The notes: a model not told the origin generated them from the sequence alone. Positions 10,210-21,407 are shown, counted from the first letter of the stretch. The stretch: DNA of 64,000 nt from Candidatus Methanarcanum hacksteinii (GCA_006954405.1 LVVQ01000001.1:557161-621160), one strand, 5' to 3'. A program made the numbers and translations.

Positions 10210-10313
10210 TTGATACTCTCCGTAATACTATGGGAAATGCAATTATAATATAAATGAGGGATGGGGGAAGCTGGACGCTTTTCCGACGTATCGTCGAACG
10301 GCCATCATAACCT

Positions 10314-11486
10314 TTAGGTGATAGAGTCTGTACTCTTCATTCGTTTCACAAGGTATGTGCATGTGAATATCAGAGCGATCATCGTGAATGCACCGCCCAC
10401 ATAACCGATCGAACCGATCGATATCGTATCCGTGGTTATACCTCCGATGATGGATCCCATCGCTATCCCTACATTGAATATCCCGCTGTACATGGACATC
10501 GAGATCGCGGATGCATCCATGGGCGATGTGCGTATGGCCTCACTTTGGAATGATACGTTGAATGCGGTCGCGAAGAATCCCCAGAACATACAGATCATCA
10601 TCATCGTGATAGCGGAATATGCGGATACATTCAGGAGCATGAGGCATACGGATACGCCCAATATCGAACCGATCAGGAATTCGTAACGTATCCTGTCGTA
10701 GTATTTGATGAAGACGAAACTTCCGACTATGCCCGCGAATCCAAAGATCGTAAGACCGACGGTCGTCATCGATTCGGATAGGTTCGCTATTTGTATCATG
10801 AATGGTTCGATGTAGCTGTATCCTGTGTAGTATCCTGTGACGAATATCGCTATGACGACATATATCCCGACGAGGGCTTTGTTCCTGAAGAGTTCCGGAA
10901 GCCTTCTCAATGTGAACGTACCTGGATTCTCCACTCTGGGGAACACTATCACAAGAAGGATCAATGCGAATATCGCCACTATGGCGATGGATATGAATGA
11001 TGCTCTCCATCCCATCGCGAGACCTATCATCCTTCCTATCGGAAGGCCAGCGATCATAGCGATGGATGTTCCCGTGGCCACCATGCTTATTGCCAACCTT
11101 CTGTATTCCATGGTCACGACCCTGACAGCCAACGGAGTGGCTATGGACCAGAATATCGAATGCGAGACTGCCACGCCAAGACGTGCCATGATGAGCATCT
11201 CATAACTGTCGGATATCCCCGACAATATCTGGAATCCTGCGAAAAGGGCTATGCACATCAATAGCATTCTGCGATACTCCATCTTCCTCAGGAGGAGCAT
11301 TATGGGCAAGGATAGTATCGCCACAGCCCAAGCGTAGATCGATATTATCATCCCTGCTTTGGATTCGGTTATCCCCAAGTCCATGGATATGTCCGTAAGC
11401 AACCCGATGGGCATGAATTCGGACATATTGAAAATGAATACGCTGATGGTTATGCCGATCAACGGTAACCAGTTCTTTGGGGACAT
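10314..11486 (-). CDS. MFS transporter
   Basis: 390 aa with about 12 predicted TM helices and an MFS-like repeat structure. Confidence 0.7.
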   Translation of the reverse strand: MSPKNWLPLIGITISVFIFNMSEFMPIGLLTDISMDLGITESKAGMIISIYAWAVAILSLPIMLLLRKMEYRRMLLMCIALFAGFQILSGISDSYEMLIMARLGVAVSHSIFWSIATPLAVRVVTMEYRRLAISMVATGTSIAMIAGLPIGRMIGLAMGWRASFISIAIVAIFALILLVIVFPRVENPGTFTLRRLPELFRNKALVGIYVVIAIFVTGYYTGYSYIEPFMIQIANLSESMTTVGLTIFGFAGIVGSFVFIKYYDRIRYEFLIGSILGVSVCLMLLNVSAYSAITMMMICMFWGFFATAFNVSFQSEAIRTSPMDASAISMSMYSGIFNVGIAMGSIIGGITTDTISIGSIGYVGGAFTMIALIFTCTYLVKRMKSTDSIT

Positions 11487-11599
11487 CGTGGATGCTCGAT
11501 GTACAACTTGTGGATAAAGATTATTACATCACCATATCGAATCGAAGGGATGTGAGGGATGATAGGGCCCTTCGAATCCTCATCGAAGGGCGATGTCAA

Positions 11600-12814
11600 T
11601 CAGTTTCCGACGTTAGCTTTGGTCACAGCTGCATCGATCTCGTTCCTGAGATGATCAGGAAGTCCGTTGATGCCTCCGACGAGGAATCCTCTGACGATCA
11701 TACTGACCGCATCATCCTCCGACAGTCCGCGTGACATAAGATATTCGATCTGATCCCTTGCGATCTTACCGACAGCGGCCTCGTGCGTCATCTCGACATC
11801 CGCTACCGTCGATTCAAGTTCTGGGATGGCATCCGTGCTACCGCCATCGGAGAGCATGATGCTTCTGCATTCGAGGTGTGCTTTCACACCAGGTGCATGA
11901 CCCTCCAGACGACCGCGTGCCTTGATCTTACCTCCGTGAACGATGTTCCTGGAGATGATCTCCGCTGAAGTGTTCGGTGCATTGAGTATGACGCTACCGC
12001 CCATATCGACATCAGAACCCTCGTTCGCGATGCAGATTGTGTTCATCTTGCATGTGGCACCCTCGCCATTGAGATAACAGGCAGGATAGCTCTGCAATGT
12101 GCCTACAGGTTTTAACAGGACGTAGTTGTTGACGTACCTTCCACCCTTCTCCACTATGCATGCGGTCCTGGGACGGACAGCCGTCTGTGTTCCCCAGTTA
12201 TGGATCATGGAGAATACGACAGATCCTCCTTCCTTGACATAGATCTCCGATACACCGACGTGCAATGCGTCATTGACATGGTTGCCTGTGGCGCATCCTG
12301 TGATGATCTCCAACGATGCGTTCTTATCGACGATGACGATATTGTGGAGCGTCTGTATGGATTTCTTGCTGTCTATCATCATGCACGTCTGCACAGGATT
12401 CTTCACCTTGTATCCTGGTTTGACATAGATGAAATAACCATCTCCGTCTTCGAGACATGTCTTCGCAGTGTACTTGTCCTTGTCAGGTTTCACTGCATTC
12501 CAGTAGTAGTCCTTCACCCAATCATACTTGGCGAGGGCCTCTTTCGTGGACATGACTTCCACGCCCTCTTCAGCCTTGTTGTTGCAGTGACTCATGGCGT
12601 TATCGATGAACATGATCGTTCCGTCACGACCTTCCTCATTGGATACGACACCGATATCGTCCATGATCGCACGTGTGGCCTCATCCGCCTTCTCAAGATC
12701 ATCGATCTCATGCGGTTCGAAGGAACCCAATTCATAATGGTCGAGGTCGATATCCGGGCCGTATGCCGCTTTTTTGTCAAGTGCTTCCTTCAATCCATCT
12801 TTACCATTCTGCAT
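11600..12814 (-). CDS. sufB: Fe-S cluster assembly protein SufB/SufD
   Basis: C-terminal SufBD beta-helix region. The start was moved to the ATG for MQNGKDGLKEAL at 12814, which overlaps the sufC stop by 25 nt. Confidence 0.75.
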   Translation of the reverse strand: MQNGKDGLKEALDKKAAYGPDIDLDHYELGSFEPHEIDDLEKADEATRAIMDDIGVVSNEEGRDGTIMFIDNAMSHCNNKAEEGVEVMSTKEALAKYDWVKDYYWNAVKPDKDKYTAKTCLEDGDGYFIYVKPGYKVKNPVQTCMMIDSKKSIQTLHNIVIVDKNASLEIITGCATGNHVNDALHVGVSEIYVKEGGSVVFSMIHNWGTQTAVRPRTACIVEKGGRYVNNYVLLKPVGTLQSYPACYLNGEGATCKMNTICIANEGSDVDMGGSVILNAPNTSAEIISRNIVHGGKIKARGRLEGHAPGVKAHLECRSIMLSDGGSTDAIPELESTVADVEMTHEAAVGKIARDQIEYLMSRGLSEDDAVSMIVRGFLVGGINGLPDHLRNEIDAAVTKANVGN

Positions 12815-13545
12815 GATATGCACTCTCCGTAACCCCTTTCTCTGATGTCCTTGAGTATGTCCATCGGACGACCCGTGCATCTGATGAGCCCTTCCTTGAG
12901 GACGAATGCCTTGTCGGCACCGATGTAGTCGAGGATCTGTCCAGTGTGTGTTATGACAAGTGAGGAGACATGTCTCTTCGAGTTAGAACCGCAATTCTCG
13001 CATTTGCCGTTGTTCTTGGTGTAGAGCAGGTCGTGTACCTTCTTTCCGATGAGATCGATGCTTTCGAGATCGACTCCGGACTCAGGTTCGTCCAGGAGTA
13101 CGAATTCAGGTTCCTGTGCCGTCAGTTGCAGGAGTTCGGATCTTTTGATCTCTCCGCCAGAGAAACCGACGTTCACATCCCTTGCAAGGAAGTTATCCAT
13201 CCTGAAATCGGTCGCATCAGGGACATCCTTTCCATTCGCCGTGGCCTTCACAAGGTCTCCGAGTTTCACTCCTACGACATTCGGTGGTCTTTGCATCATC
13301 ATGCCTATTCCGAGTTTAGCACGCTCATTCACAGGCATATCCGTGATGTCAATCCCTTCGAATATGATCTTTCCACTCGTCACTTTGCATGTTCCGTATC
13401 CCATCACCGCTGCGAGGAGCGTGGATTTGCCTGAACCGTTGGGACCGAAGAGCACACAGGTCTCCCCTTCTCCAACACTCAATGTGACGCCTTTGAGGAT
13501 CTCCCTTCCACCGGCTTCAACGTGAAGATCGACGATGTCTAACAT
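12790..13545 (-). CDS. sufC: Fe-S cluster assembly ATPase SufC
   Basis: GPNGSGKST Walker A, LSGGE signature and the SufC D-loop. Confidence 0.85.
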   Translation of the reverse strand: MLDIVDLHVEAGGREILKGVTLSVGEGETCVLFGPNGSGKSTLLAAVMGYGTCKVTSGKIIFEGIDITDMPVNERAKLGIGMMMQRPPNVVGVKLGDLVKATANGKDVPDATDFRMDNFLARDVNVGFSGGEIKRSELLQLTAQEPEFVLLDEPESGVDLESIDLIGKKVHDLLYTKNNGKCENCGSNSKRHVSSLVITHTGQILDYIGADKAFVLKEGLIRCTGRPMDILKDIRERGYGECISCRMVKMD

Positions 13546-13694
13546 TCTCTCACCTTGGTGGGGTCATACACGTTAATGTAATTAAAATATTCATAACGGC
13601 GTTAACTCACACCTCTCGATAGATGCGTCAAGCAATACCATCTGCGCACATCATTGCCGATTTGTTTATACGGCATCATTCATAACGTGTAGGC

Positions 13695-14267
13695 ATGAAG
13701 GTCGTTGCACTGAACGGGAGTCCACGTCTACTAGGGAACACATCCAATGCATTGAACGTGGTCCTTGATGAACTCAATAAGGAAGGTATCGATACCGAAT
13801 ACATCCAGGTCTATGAGGATCACATGAATCCATGTAACCATTGCAGTTCATGCGAGGTGCGCGGAGACGGGAGATGTGTCGCAGAGGACGACAATATGAA
13901 TCTCTACCTTGACAAGATGAAAGCGGCCGACGGGATAATATTGGCATCCCCAACATACTATGGATCATGTACGGCTCAATTGAAGATATTCCTGGAACGT
14001 GCTGGATTGGCATGCATGTTCGATAAGGATCGCCCACTCAGAGGAAAGGTAGGGGCGGCATTGGTCATCCAAGAACGCAATGGAGGGTACGCCGTCTATT
14101 CAGAATTGGTCAATTGGATGCTCAGCAATGAGATGACAGTAGTCGGTTCCAATCCATTGTGTGTGATCAACGCGAAGAACCCGTTCGACTATGAGAATGA
14201 TGAGAAAGGGATGAAAGCCCTGAAGATGATGTCCAAGAACATCATCTCAGAGCTAGAGAAAAGATGA
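13695..14267 (+). CDS. NADPH-dependent FMN reductase / iron-sulfur flavoprotein-like
   Basis: MKVVALNGSPR...ILASPTYYGS flavodoxin-like fold with a CxxC..C cluster. Confidence 0.6.
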   Translation: MKVVALNGSPRLLGNTSNALNVVLDELNKEGIDTEYIQVYEDHMNPCNHCSSCEVRGDGRCVAEDDNMNLYLDKMKAADGIILASPTYYGSCTAQLKIFLERAGLACMFDKDRPLRGKVGAALVIQERNGGYAVYSELVNWMLSNEMTVVGSNPLCVINAKNPFDYENDEKGMKALKMMSKNIISELEKR

Positions 14268-14269
14268 AC

Positions 14270-15019
14270 TCAGAAGAATAGGAAGCCGCAACCTTCCTTC
14301 ACGGAGACGTTGGCCAAAGATTCCAAACGCTCGAGGGGTCCGGAGTATCTTCTCACATACATCTTCCCTTCCTCTGGAAGAGCGACTTTGAGGATCTCCA
14401 CCTCTTTGAGCAGTTCCTTCGCATCATCGGGTGTGAACTTCCTCTGTTCCTCGGAACTCTTGAGTGCGGATGCGATTATCCTGCAGTCATGTTTCTCCGC
14501 GATCTGAGGGAGAAGGCTGTTATTCGGTCCGAATGCACCTATGCACCCCCTTCCTTTATCCCATGATAACGGACATCTTGCACAGGCATCATTCATCTGA
14601 TCGAAATCGAGAAGGTCCCATCTCGTGAGACGGTCATCGGGTTTGGATAGTCCTATCGCTCTCTCTTTCTTGGAATCATCAAGTCTGTCAAGGAGGACCC
14701 AACCAGTGTACTTCTTTTGTATCTTAGGTCTGAGTTTCTCAAGATCCTCTTCCTTCTTCACCTTCTCGATGTATATGGCATCGGATTCCTCGTTGATCCT
14801 GTTCCTCTTGATGAATTCCTCGAAGTCGGAGAAGATATCCTTGGCATCCTCCAAAGAAACGAATTCATCGATCTCTGCCGCATCCGCGAATTGTGACGGA
14901 TCATCAACGATGACCTTCACGAAATCATTCTTATCACTGCGACAAACCGCATTCTTAGCTTCCATCTCACAGACACCGATGTTTATTCCCATCCAAAAGC
15001 ACCTCTCTGACGATATCAT
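14270..15019 (-). CDS. Hypothetical protein (Cys-containing: CARCPLSWDKGRGC)
   Basis: Track ORF to 15043 begins with GTG; the first ATG is at 15019, about 40 nt downstream of a TTATAACG box. Confidence 0.4.
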   Translation of the reverse strand: MISSERCFWMGINIGVCEMEAKNAVCRSDKNDFVKVIVDDPSQFADAAEIDEFVSLEDAKDIFSDFEEFIKRNRINEESDAIYIEKVKKEEDLEKLRPKIQKKYTGWVLLDRLDDSKKERAIGLSKPDDRLTRWDLLDFDQMNDACARCPLSWDKGRGCIGAFGPNNSLLPQIAEKHDCRIIASALKSSEEQRKFTPDDAKELLKEVEILKVALPEEGKMYVRRYSGPLERLESLANVSVKEGCGFLFF

Positions 15020-15089
15020 TCGCCGATGATATAACGTTATCACCGGTCAATCGCCATCGTTATAATCATTCAGATGTATCTAGAGGCCA

Positions 15090-15581
15090 ATGGCTGACAT
15101 AATGATACGTAAGAGGAAGAGGATGAGAGAGAAGGATATCAAGGCTCTCAAAGAGGATTTGAACACTTTGCTCTCGATCGAGACATTCGCTGATAAGGAT
15201 GTCATAGATATGGCCGAGAGTTCGGATTTCGATGTGATCTTCGTCAACAACTCGATCCTTGCTTTGGTGTATCAGGGAAAACCGTTCCTTACGATCAGAG
15301 GATTGTTGAAATACAGGCCAGAATCGTATTCGGTGACAGTGGATATGGGTGCTGTGCAGTATGTCACGAACGGTGCCGATGTGATGGGCCCAGGTATCGT
15401 GGGTGCGGACGACAGGATATCCGAGGGGGATCTCGTTTGGATAAAGGATTACAAGAACAATGCACCTTTGGCCGTAGGCGTCGCATTGCGTGATGCGGCA
15501 GGACTCAAGGGCAGGCAGAAGGGTAAGGCCATCCATACGATACACTACGTCGGAGACAAACTATGGAAATCCGGTGAGTGA
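15090..15581 (+). CDS. PUA-domain RNA-binding protein
   Basis: C-terminal PUA-like segment (GADVMGPGIVG...GDLVWIKDYKNNAPLAVGVAL). Confidence 0.55.
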   Translation: MADIMIRKRKRMREKDIKALKEDLNTLLSIETFADKDVIDMAESSDFDVIFVNNSILALVYQGKPFLTIRGLLKYRPESYSVTVDMGAVQYVTNGADVMGPGIVGADDRISEGDLVWIKDYKNNAPLAVGVALRDAAGLKGRQKGKAIHTIHYVGDKLWKSGE

Positions 15582-15925
15582 TGATGTTAGGCATCGGAAA
15601 GAGGAAGGATCTCAATATCAAATGCGATGCGATATTCGTGGATCTCTCGAAGGAGGAGATCCCGGGGGATGTCTCCGCGCAAAGGGTCAAAGTGATAAAG
15701 GTACGCAACCCGTCCGATGTCGAAAGATTACCTGGCGTGTTGTTATCGGAATGTGTCCTGATTGTGAATCTGGATGGGTTCAGCGGAGATGTGGATGCAT
15801 CCGTAGAGAGGATGAGGACGATGGCCCGTATGTCGAAGTTTGAGCATCAATCCATCAATCCGATGACCTTCATCTTCATCCCTGAGAAGGTCAAATTGAC
15901 GAATCTTGCCATACGTGAGAAGTGA
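15578..15925 (+). CDS. Hypothetical protein (115 aa)
   Basis: ORF translationally coupled to the PUA gene (ATGA overlap). Confidence 0.35.
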   Translation: MMMLGIGKRKDLNIKCDAIFVDLSKEEIPGDVSAQRVKVIKVRNPSDVERLPGVLLSECVLIVNLDGFSGDVDASVERMRTMARMSKFEHQSINPMTFIFIPEKVKLTNLAIREK

Positions 15926-15929
15926 GAGG

Positions 15930-17258
15930 ATGGCCAATAAGAGCAAGATCGTCCACGATCCCATCCATGGGAGCATAACCATCGCCCCACCTTTCTTGGA
16001 TATATTGGATAGGCATGAGATGCAGAGGATACGCTCGGTCAAACAACTTGGGTTGGGTGATCTGGTATTCCCTGGCGCGAATCACACGAGATTCGAGCAT
16101 TGTCTCGGCGTATACCATTTATCGGGAAGGATGGGCAAGGTCTTGGACTTGGATGACGAGGATGTCACGGCACTCATGGCGGCTGGTCTGCTCCATGATG
16201 TCTGTCACGCACCATTCTCACACACATTGGAGGAATCGATGGAATCCATCACCGGCAGGAATCACATGGATCTCGCCAGGGATCTGATATTAGGCAGGAT
16301 CCCCACATTCATGGAGAGGGACAGGGATATCCTGGATGGTATCGATTCAATATCGGAGATCCTGGAGGATGGCGGGATATCAGCGGACATGGTCTGCGAT
16401 CTCATTGCATATCCGAAATCAACGCTCGGTCCGTTCCATATAGGTGATGAGATGCCTTATTTCTCATCAAGGGACTATATGCACCAGGTCATCCACGGCC
16501 CTGTGGATTCGGATCAGATGGATTATCTTCTTAGAGATGCGCATTACACGGGTGTGAATCTCGGCACCATCGACATGGAGAGGTTGTTGAGTCAGATGGT
16601 GAAATACAACGATCAATTGGTCTTGAAGAGAGGAGGCATAGTCGCGGCAGAGGGACTCGTAGTCTCACGCCTGTTGATGCATTCCTCGGTATATTTCCAT
16701 AAGACCATACGTACGGCCGAGATGATGTTGGTGAAGGCCGTGGATGAGGCGATGGATCAAGGTTGCGACATGTCCGAGATGTATCTCATGACGGATTCCG
16801 ATCTCATCCAGAGGTTGATGTCGTTCGGAGGTAAGGCATCGGACATCACCAGGAATATCATGTTGCGCAGATTGTACAAGAAGGCGTACATTTTGTATTT
16901 CAGTTCGTTGAGCGATGACGATGTCATCGAATTGGCAAGATATGCTTTGGACTCGAATGCGAGGAAGGAATTGGAAGGGCGCATCGCTGCGAGAGCAGGA
17001 GTTGATGTGTCGGATGTCATCGTGGACATGCCGCCAAGATCCGCATTGCTGTCCGAGCAGAAGATCGGTAAGACCGATGTGAACATACTGGACGGCGGAA
17101 GGATCAGGACATTATCATCATTCTCGACCTTGGCTAGATCACTTCAGAGCAGGTCGAATTTCGATTGGGCCCTCATGGTATCCGCACCTGCAGGCATGGA
17201 GGGTGCGGTCGCTAAGGCTGCACGCAATATAATCGGAATAGAGGACGTCACCCTTTGA
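15930..17258 (+). CDS. HD-domain phosphohydrolase (dGTPase/SAMHD1-like, COG1078)
   Basis: HTRFEHCLGV...HDVCHAPFSH HD motif. Start moved to the ATG for MANKSKIVHDPIHG. Confidence 0.7.
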   Translation: MANKSKIVHDPIHGSITIAPPFLDILDRHEMQRIRSVKQLGLGDLVFPGANHTRFEHCLGVYHLSGRMGKVLDLDDEDVTALMAAGLLHDVCHAPFSHTLEESMESITGRNHMDLARDLILGRIPTFMERDRDILDGIDSISEILEDGGISADMVCDLIAYPKSTLGPFHIGDEMPYFSSRDYMHQVIHGPVDSDQMDYLLRDAHYTGVNLGTIDMERLLSQMVKYNDQLVLKRGGIVAAEGLVVSRLLMHSSVYFHKTIRTAEMMLVKAVDEAMDQGCDMSEMYLMTDSDLIQRLMSFGGKASDITRNIMLRRLYKKAYILYFSSLSDDDVIELARYALDSNARKELEGRIAARAGVDVSDVIVDMPPRSALLSEQKIGKTDVNILDGGRIRTLSSFSTLARSLQSRSNFDWALMVSAPAGMEGAVAKAARNIIGIEDVTL

Positions 17259-18699
17259 TGACGCCTATGGGCCTCATCCTGGCGACCTTACCGGTGAGTC
17301 CTGCATCACACACGACGGATACGACCTGACTGACATCCTTGTATGCCTGCGGGGCCTCCTCGACCAATCCCTCGTCGGAGCCGCTTCTCAAGTATATGTC
17401 GTCGCCGGACATGCGCGTCCTTATGGAGTCCGCAGTTATCGAACTGATTGCCTTCTTCCTGGACATGACCCTTCCAGCACCGTGACACGATGACCCGAAG
17501 GTCTCCTTCATAGATCCCGGCCTTCCGACTAATATGTACGTTCCTGTGCACATGTCACCAGGGATTATCACAGGTTGGCCGATGTTGCGATATCTCATCG
17601 TGATCTCAGATCTTCCAGCGGCGAAGGCCCTTGTCGCACCTTTCCTGTGCACCAGTACATCCATGGATTTTCCATCGACATCATGGCGTTCCTTCTTAGC
17701 TATGTTGTGCGCCACATCATACAACACTTCGATGCCCATGCTCTCTGCGGAACAACCCATGATCGTCTCGAAGGATTCTCTGATCCAATGTGTTATCATC
17801 TGACGATTGGCCCATGCGAAGTTCGCTCCGCATGACATCGCTTTGAAGTATCTCCCCCCGATATCGGTATCCAACGGGGCACATGCGAGTTGTCTGTCTG
17901 GAAGGGAGACTTTGTTGTCCCTTATGTATTGCTCCATACTCATGAGATAGTCCGTTGCGATCTGGTGGCCGCAACCTCTCGAACCGCAGTGTACGGTCAC
18001 GGTTATCTGTCCTTTCTCCAATCCGAATGATCTTGCGACATCCTCATCGAATATCTCATCGACCACATCCAATTCCAAGAAGTGGTTGCCTGAACCGAGC
18101 GATCCCAATTGAGGGATCCCCCTCTTCTTCGCTTTATCGCTGACGGTGGTCGGGTCCGCTGTGGCCATGGTCCCGCATTCCTCGGTGACATCCAGGTCCT
18201 TCTCCCATCCGAATCCATTCTCTACTGCCCATCTCGATCCCTCAGAGAGTATGTCGTTTATGACATTCATATCGACCCTGGTGAGTCCTTTCGAACCAAG
18301 GCCTGACGGGACGTTCTTGTAGAGGGCATCTATGAGATCGGACTTCTTACCCTTGATGTCATCCAACGTGAGATTGGTCCTTATGGTACGGACACCGCAA
18401 TTGATGTCGAAACCGATACCGCCAGGGGAGATGGATCCCGAATCAGCATCGACGGCAGCGACACCCCCTATGGGGAATCCGTATCCGAAGTGTATGTCAG
18501 GCATGGCCAAGGATCTGCCGACGATGCCTGGGAGGCATGCGACATTCGCTACCTGTTGCGGAGAATTATCGTCCATGATCGAATCCAACATGCTTTCGTT
18601 CGAGAAGATCACCGCATCGGTTCTCATACAAGGCATATGCTCTTTGGATATCTCCCATCTGTTATCATCGATCTTTCTGAATTTACCGCTCCAAGCCAT
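17248..18699 (-). CDS. rtcB: tRNA-splicing ligase RtcB
   Basis: 483 aa with GFDINCG, GSGNHF and HCGSRGCGHQ metal-site motifs. Confidence 0.9.
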   Translation of the reverse strand: MAWSGKFRKIDDNRWEISKEHMPCMRTDAVIFSNESMLDSIMDDNSPQQVANVACLPGIVGRSLAMPDIHFGYGFPIGGVAAVDADSGSISPGGIGFDINCGVRTIRTNLTLDDIKGKKSDLIDALYKNVPSGLGSKGLTRVDMNVINDILSEGSRWAVENGFGWEKDLDVTEECGTMATADPTTVSDKAKKRGIPQLGSLGSGNHFLELDVVDEIFDEDVARSFGLEKGQITVTVHCGSRGCGHQIATDYLMSMEQYIRDNKVSLPDRQLACAPLDTDIGGRYFKAMSCGANFAWANRQMITHWIRESFETIMGCSAESMGIEVLYDVAHNIAKKERHDVDGKSMDVLVHRKGATRAFAAGRSEITMRYRNIGQPVIIPGDMCTGTYILVGRPGSMKETFGSSCHGAGRVMSRKKAISSITADSIRTRMSGDDIYLRSGSDEGLVEEAPQAYKDVSQVVSVVCDAGLTGKVARMRPIGVIKG

Positions 18700-18734
18700 G
18701 ATTACATCTCACTAGATGAAGTTATTAGAAGTAA

Positions 18735-18810
18735 GGGCCGGGACCGAGATTTGAACCCGAGTCAAGGGATCCACAATCCCCTAGGATAACCAAGCTACCC
18801 TATCCCGGCC
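18735..18810 (-). tRNA. tRNA-His (anticodon GTG), with an encoded G-1
   Basis: Hand-folded. Acceptor GCCGGGA/TCCCGGC with an extra 5' G and discriminator C. Anticodon stem GGGGA/TCCCT with loop TTGTGGA. T-loop TTCAAATC. No encoded CCA. Confidence 0.8.
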
Positions 18811-19087
18811 ATATTTCAATCCGTGCATTGTATAGTTGTAGATAAAGTTATCTAATTCAATACTAAACGCTACGCTGTATCATCAAGAGTTATTTCGTTC
18901 CTCTGGAGTCATAAGAGGTCAGAAAGAGATTATGGACAGTAATGATCCATCAAAAGACAGAGCGTCAAGGTATGCTCTGTCAATGATCATTCTGATGGAG
19001 GGCGATTCAGATCCGCATCCGTGATATGTATAACGTATCGACGGTATCTTCGGACTCTTTCGTCTTATATATAAGTGAATTATATGA

Positions 19088-20008
19088 ATGCTCATGGCAA
19101 AACGCAACATCATCTCCGTCCTCGACATGAAGGACGATATGCCTCAGCTCGTTGAACTCGCCGAAAAGCTCAAGAAGGAACGTGGGAACCATGGAGAACC
19201 TCTGAGAGGGAAGACACTTGCAATGATATTCGAAAAGCCCAGCACAAGGACCAAGATATCATTCGATGTCGCGATGAGTGAACTCGGGGGACACCCGCTA
19301 TATCTTTCAGCAAGGGATATGCAGCTCGATCACGGCGAGACCGTTGAGGATACCGCAAGGGTGATGAGCCGTTTCGTACACGGGATAATGTACCGTGCAT
19401 TCGACTATAAGATGATGGATAGGCTCGGGGACAGTGCTACAGTCCCTGTGATCAGCGGATTGGACAATCTCGAACACCCATGTCAGGCGCTTGCTGATAT
19501 GCTCACGATAAAGGAGCACCTCGGCTCATTCAAGGGTAAGAAGCTCGTATATCTCGGAGATGGGAACAATGTCTGCAACTCGCTCCTCTATGCATGCGCC
19601 ATAATGGGTGTAGACATGATCGCATGCTGTCCGGCCGTCAGGATGCCGAATGCCGAGATCATGCTCGGTGCCGCACGTATCGCAGATCAGAACGGAAGTA
19701 AGATCCTGGCATCCCATGAACCTTTGGAAGCGTGCGTGGATGCAGATATCCTCTACACGGACACATGGGTCTCGATGGGCGACAGCACATCCGAAGAGGT
19801 AGCTGTGAAGATATTCAAGAAATATCAGATCAATCAGGAATTATTGGACATAGCGAAACCGAATTGCATCGTGATGCACTGTCTCCCATGCCACCGCGGA
19901 CAGGAGATAACCGATGATGTCATCGAAGGTCCGCACAGCGTGGTATTCGACGAGGCGGAGAACAGACTTCACGCACAGAAGGCCATCCTGTTGACACTTC
20001 TCAAATGA
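19088..20008 (+). CDS. argF: Ornithine carbamoyltransferase
   Basis: STRTK, HPLQ-like and HCLP motifs plus DTWVSMG; 306 aa. A TATA box (TTATATATAAG) lies about 25 nt upstream. Confidence 0.8.
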   Translation: MLMAKRNIISVLDMKDDMPQLVELAEKLKKERGNHGEPLRGKTLAMIFEKPSTRTKISFDVAMSELGGHPLYLSARDMQLDHGETVEDTARVMSRFVHGIMYRAFDYKMMDRLGDSATVPVISGLDNLEHPCQALADMLTIKEHLGSFKGKKLVYLGDGNNVCNSLLYACAIMGVDMIACCPAVRMPNAEIMLGAARIADQNGSKILASHEPLEACVDADILYTDTWVSMGDSTSEEVAVKIFKKYQINQELLDIAKPNCIVMHCLPCHRGQEITDDVIEGPHSVVFDEAENRLHAQKAILLTLLK

Positions 20009-21407
20009 GTTGGGATGCGACCATATCCTCGACTATGTCGAGGAATTGGTCCTCTTTGTCTACAGGTATCGTGGCCCCTGCCGCAACGTTGTGCCCTCCA
20101 CCATATCCGCCGACGATCTCAGCCGCCCTGTTCATGATGATGGACAGGTCCAACCCCCTTTCTCCCAATGAGCGGTCCGCTCTTGCAGAGACTTTCACTC
20201 CATCATCGGCTTTGGCGAATGCTATTATCGGCATCATCCGATTGAATCCCTCTGTACTTAATATCATGCCTGCAACTATTCCGACGACGGTGTCCTTTAT
20301 GGCATCGCCTGCGTCGAAGTATTGTATGAATTGTCTTCTGTGGATCAGATCGTTGTGCTTCACGTACTGCAGTGCTGATGAGATGTTCTTCCTATGTTCC
20401 GCACGATTCCTCTCAGCATCTGCCATCGCGGACTGTTCGCCGAAACATATCTTCACACCTGTAGGGGCATCATCATATCTTCCGCACGAGTTGAGAGAGG
20501 TCGCGAATTCCTTCGCATCCCTGAGGCCTCCTGTCAAGGGGAATCTAGGCAATGTGTATGTCTCCCCTATCAGTATCCATTCATCACACGGTCTGATGTG
20601 CTCTCTGAGCGCGTCACGTACCTTCTGTTTCTCATCTGGTGACAGGTCGAGCCATTTACGGCTCACATTGTTCTCGGTCAAAGGTATGCCTAGATCATCG
20701 AAGAACTCATGACATGCATGGGAATCATCCGTCAACCCATCCAGATTCGGATCGTTGCTGTATTGGATGAACTGCACCAGAGGTCTGCTTGCTCTCCCGA
20801 ATAATCTGAGATCCTTCTCTGCGATCACATCGCCATTGGCTATGGCATCGTTGAGTGCAATGCGATTGACGCCTATCAACCCATATTCATTGCGGTCCTG
20901 AAGATCCCCGCACGCACCTATCACACCAAGATATGCAAGGTCTCTGTTGGATTGGTCTATCGCTTTGGATATAAGGTATGTCGTGGTGGCACCGCAAGCC
21001 TCTGTGGATCCATCCATCCCATATGTGTGACAGTTCACATGTTCGATGATCTGAAAACTATCGAGCGTCAATTGTCCTCTGCGCCATTTGGGATCCGGTA
21101 CATGATGGTCGGAGACGACGATCCTGTCCCTTTTGTAATCAGAGAGGTATCCGCTCCCCAGGTCCACTATCCAAACGGTATCCTTGTCGGTCGTGTTTAT
21201 GGTGTGGATGGTGTCGCTATCCATCTTGTTCGCAAATAGTACGTTGTACTCCTTACCAAGACGTTCACATGTCTTCGACGCTATGGCCGCGGATGTTATC
21301 CCGTCCGCATCGATATGTGCGACTATGAGCACATCCTTGGCTTTGCGGATCATGTCCGCTGCGTGTTCCGCATCCGCCATCAATCTGTCGATCGGTTCAG
21401 AAGCCAT
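20001..21407 (-). CDS. DHH/DHHA1 phosphoesterase, archaeal RecJ/GAN (Cdc45-like) nuclease
   Basis: DHH motifs (HIDADGITS, DHH) and a C-terminal GGGH DHHA1 motif. Confidence 0.7.
   Translation of the reverse strand: MASEPIDRLMADAEHAADMIRKAKDVLIVAHIDADGITSAAIASKTCERLGKEYNVLFANKMDSDTIHTINTTDKDTVWIVDLGSGYLSDYKRDRIVVSDHHVPDPKWRRGQLTLDSFQIIEHVNCHTYGMDGSTEACGATTTYLISKAIDQSNRDLAYLGVIGACGDLQDRNEYGLIGVNRIALNDAIANGDVIAEKDLRLFGRASRPLVQFIQYSNDPNLDGLTDDSHACHEFFDDLGIPLTENNVSRKWLDLSPDEKQKVRDALREHIRPCDEWILIGETYTLPRFPLTGGLRDAKEFATSLNSCGRYDDAPTGVKICFGEQSAMADAERNRAEHRKNISSALQYVKHNDLIHRRQFIQYFDAGDAIKDTVVGIVAGMILSTEGFNRMMPIIAFAKADDGVKVSARADRSLGERGLDLSIIMNRAAEIVGGYGGGHNVAAGATIPVDKEDQFLDIVEDMVASQLI

Noticed and set aside
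17306-18789. Multiple 60-130 aa ORFs on both strands inside rtcB and other long genes (for example 17306..17551 and 18332..18715).
   Set aside because: These are antisense or alternative-frame artefacts within well-supported long coding regions.
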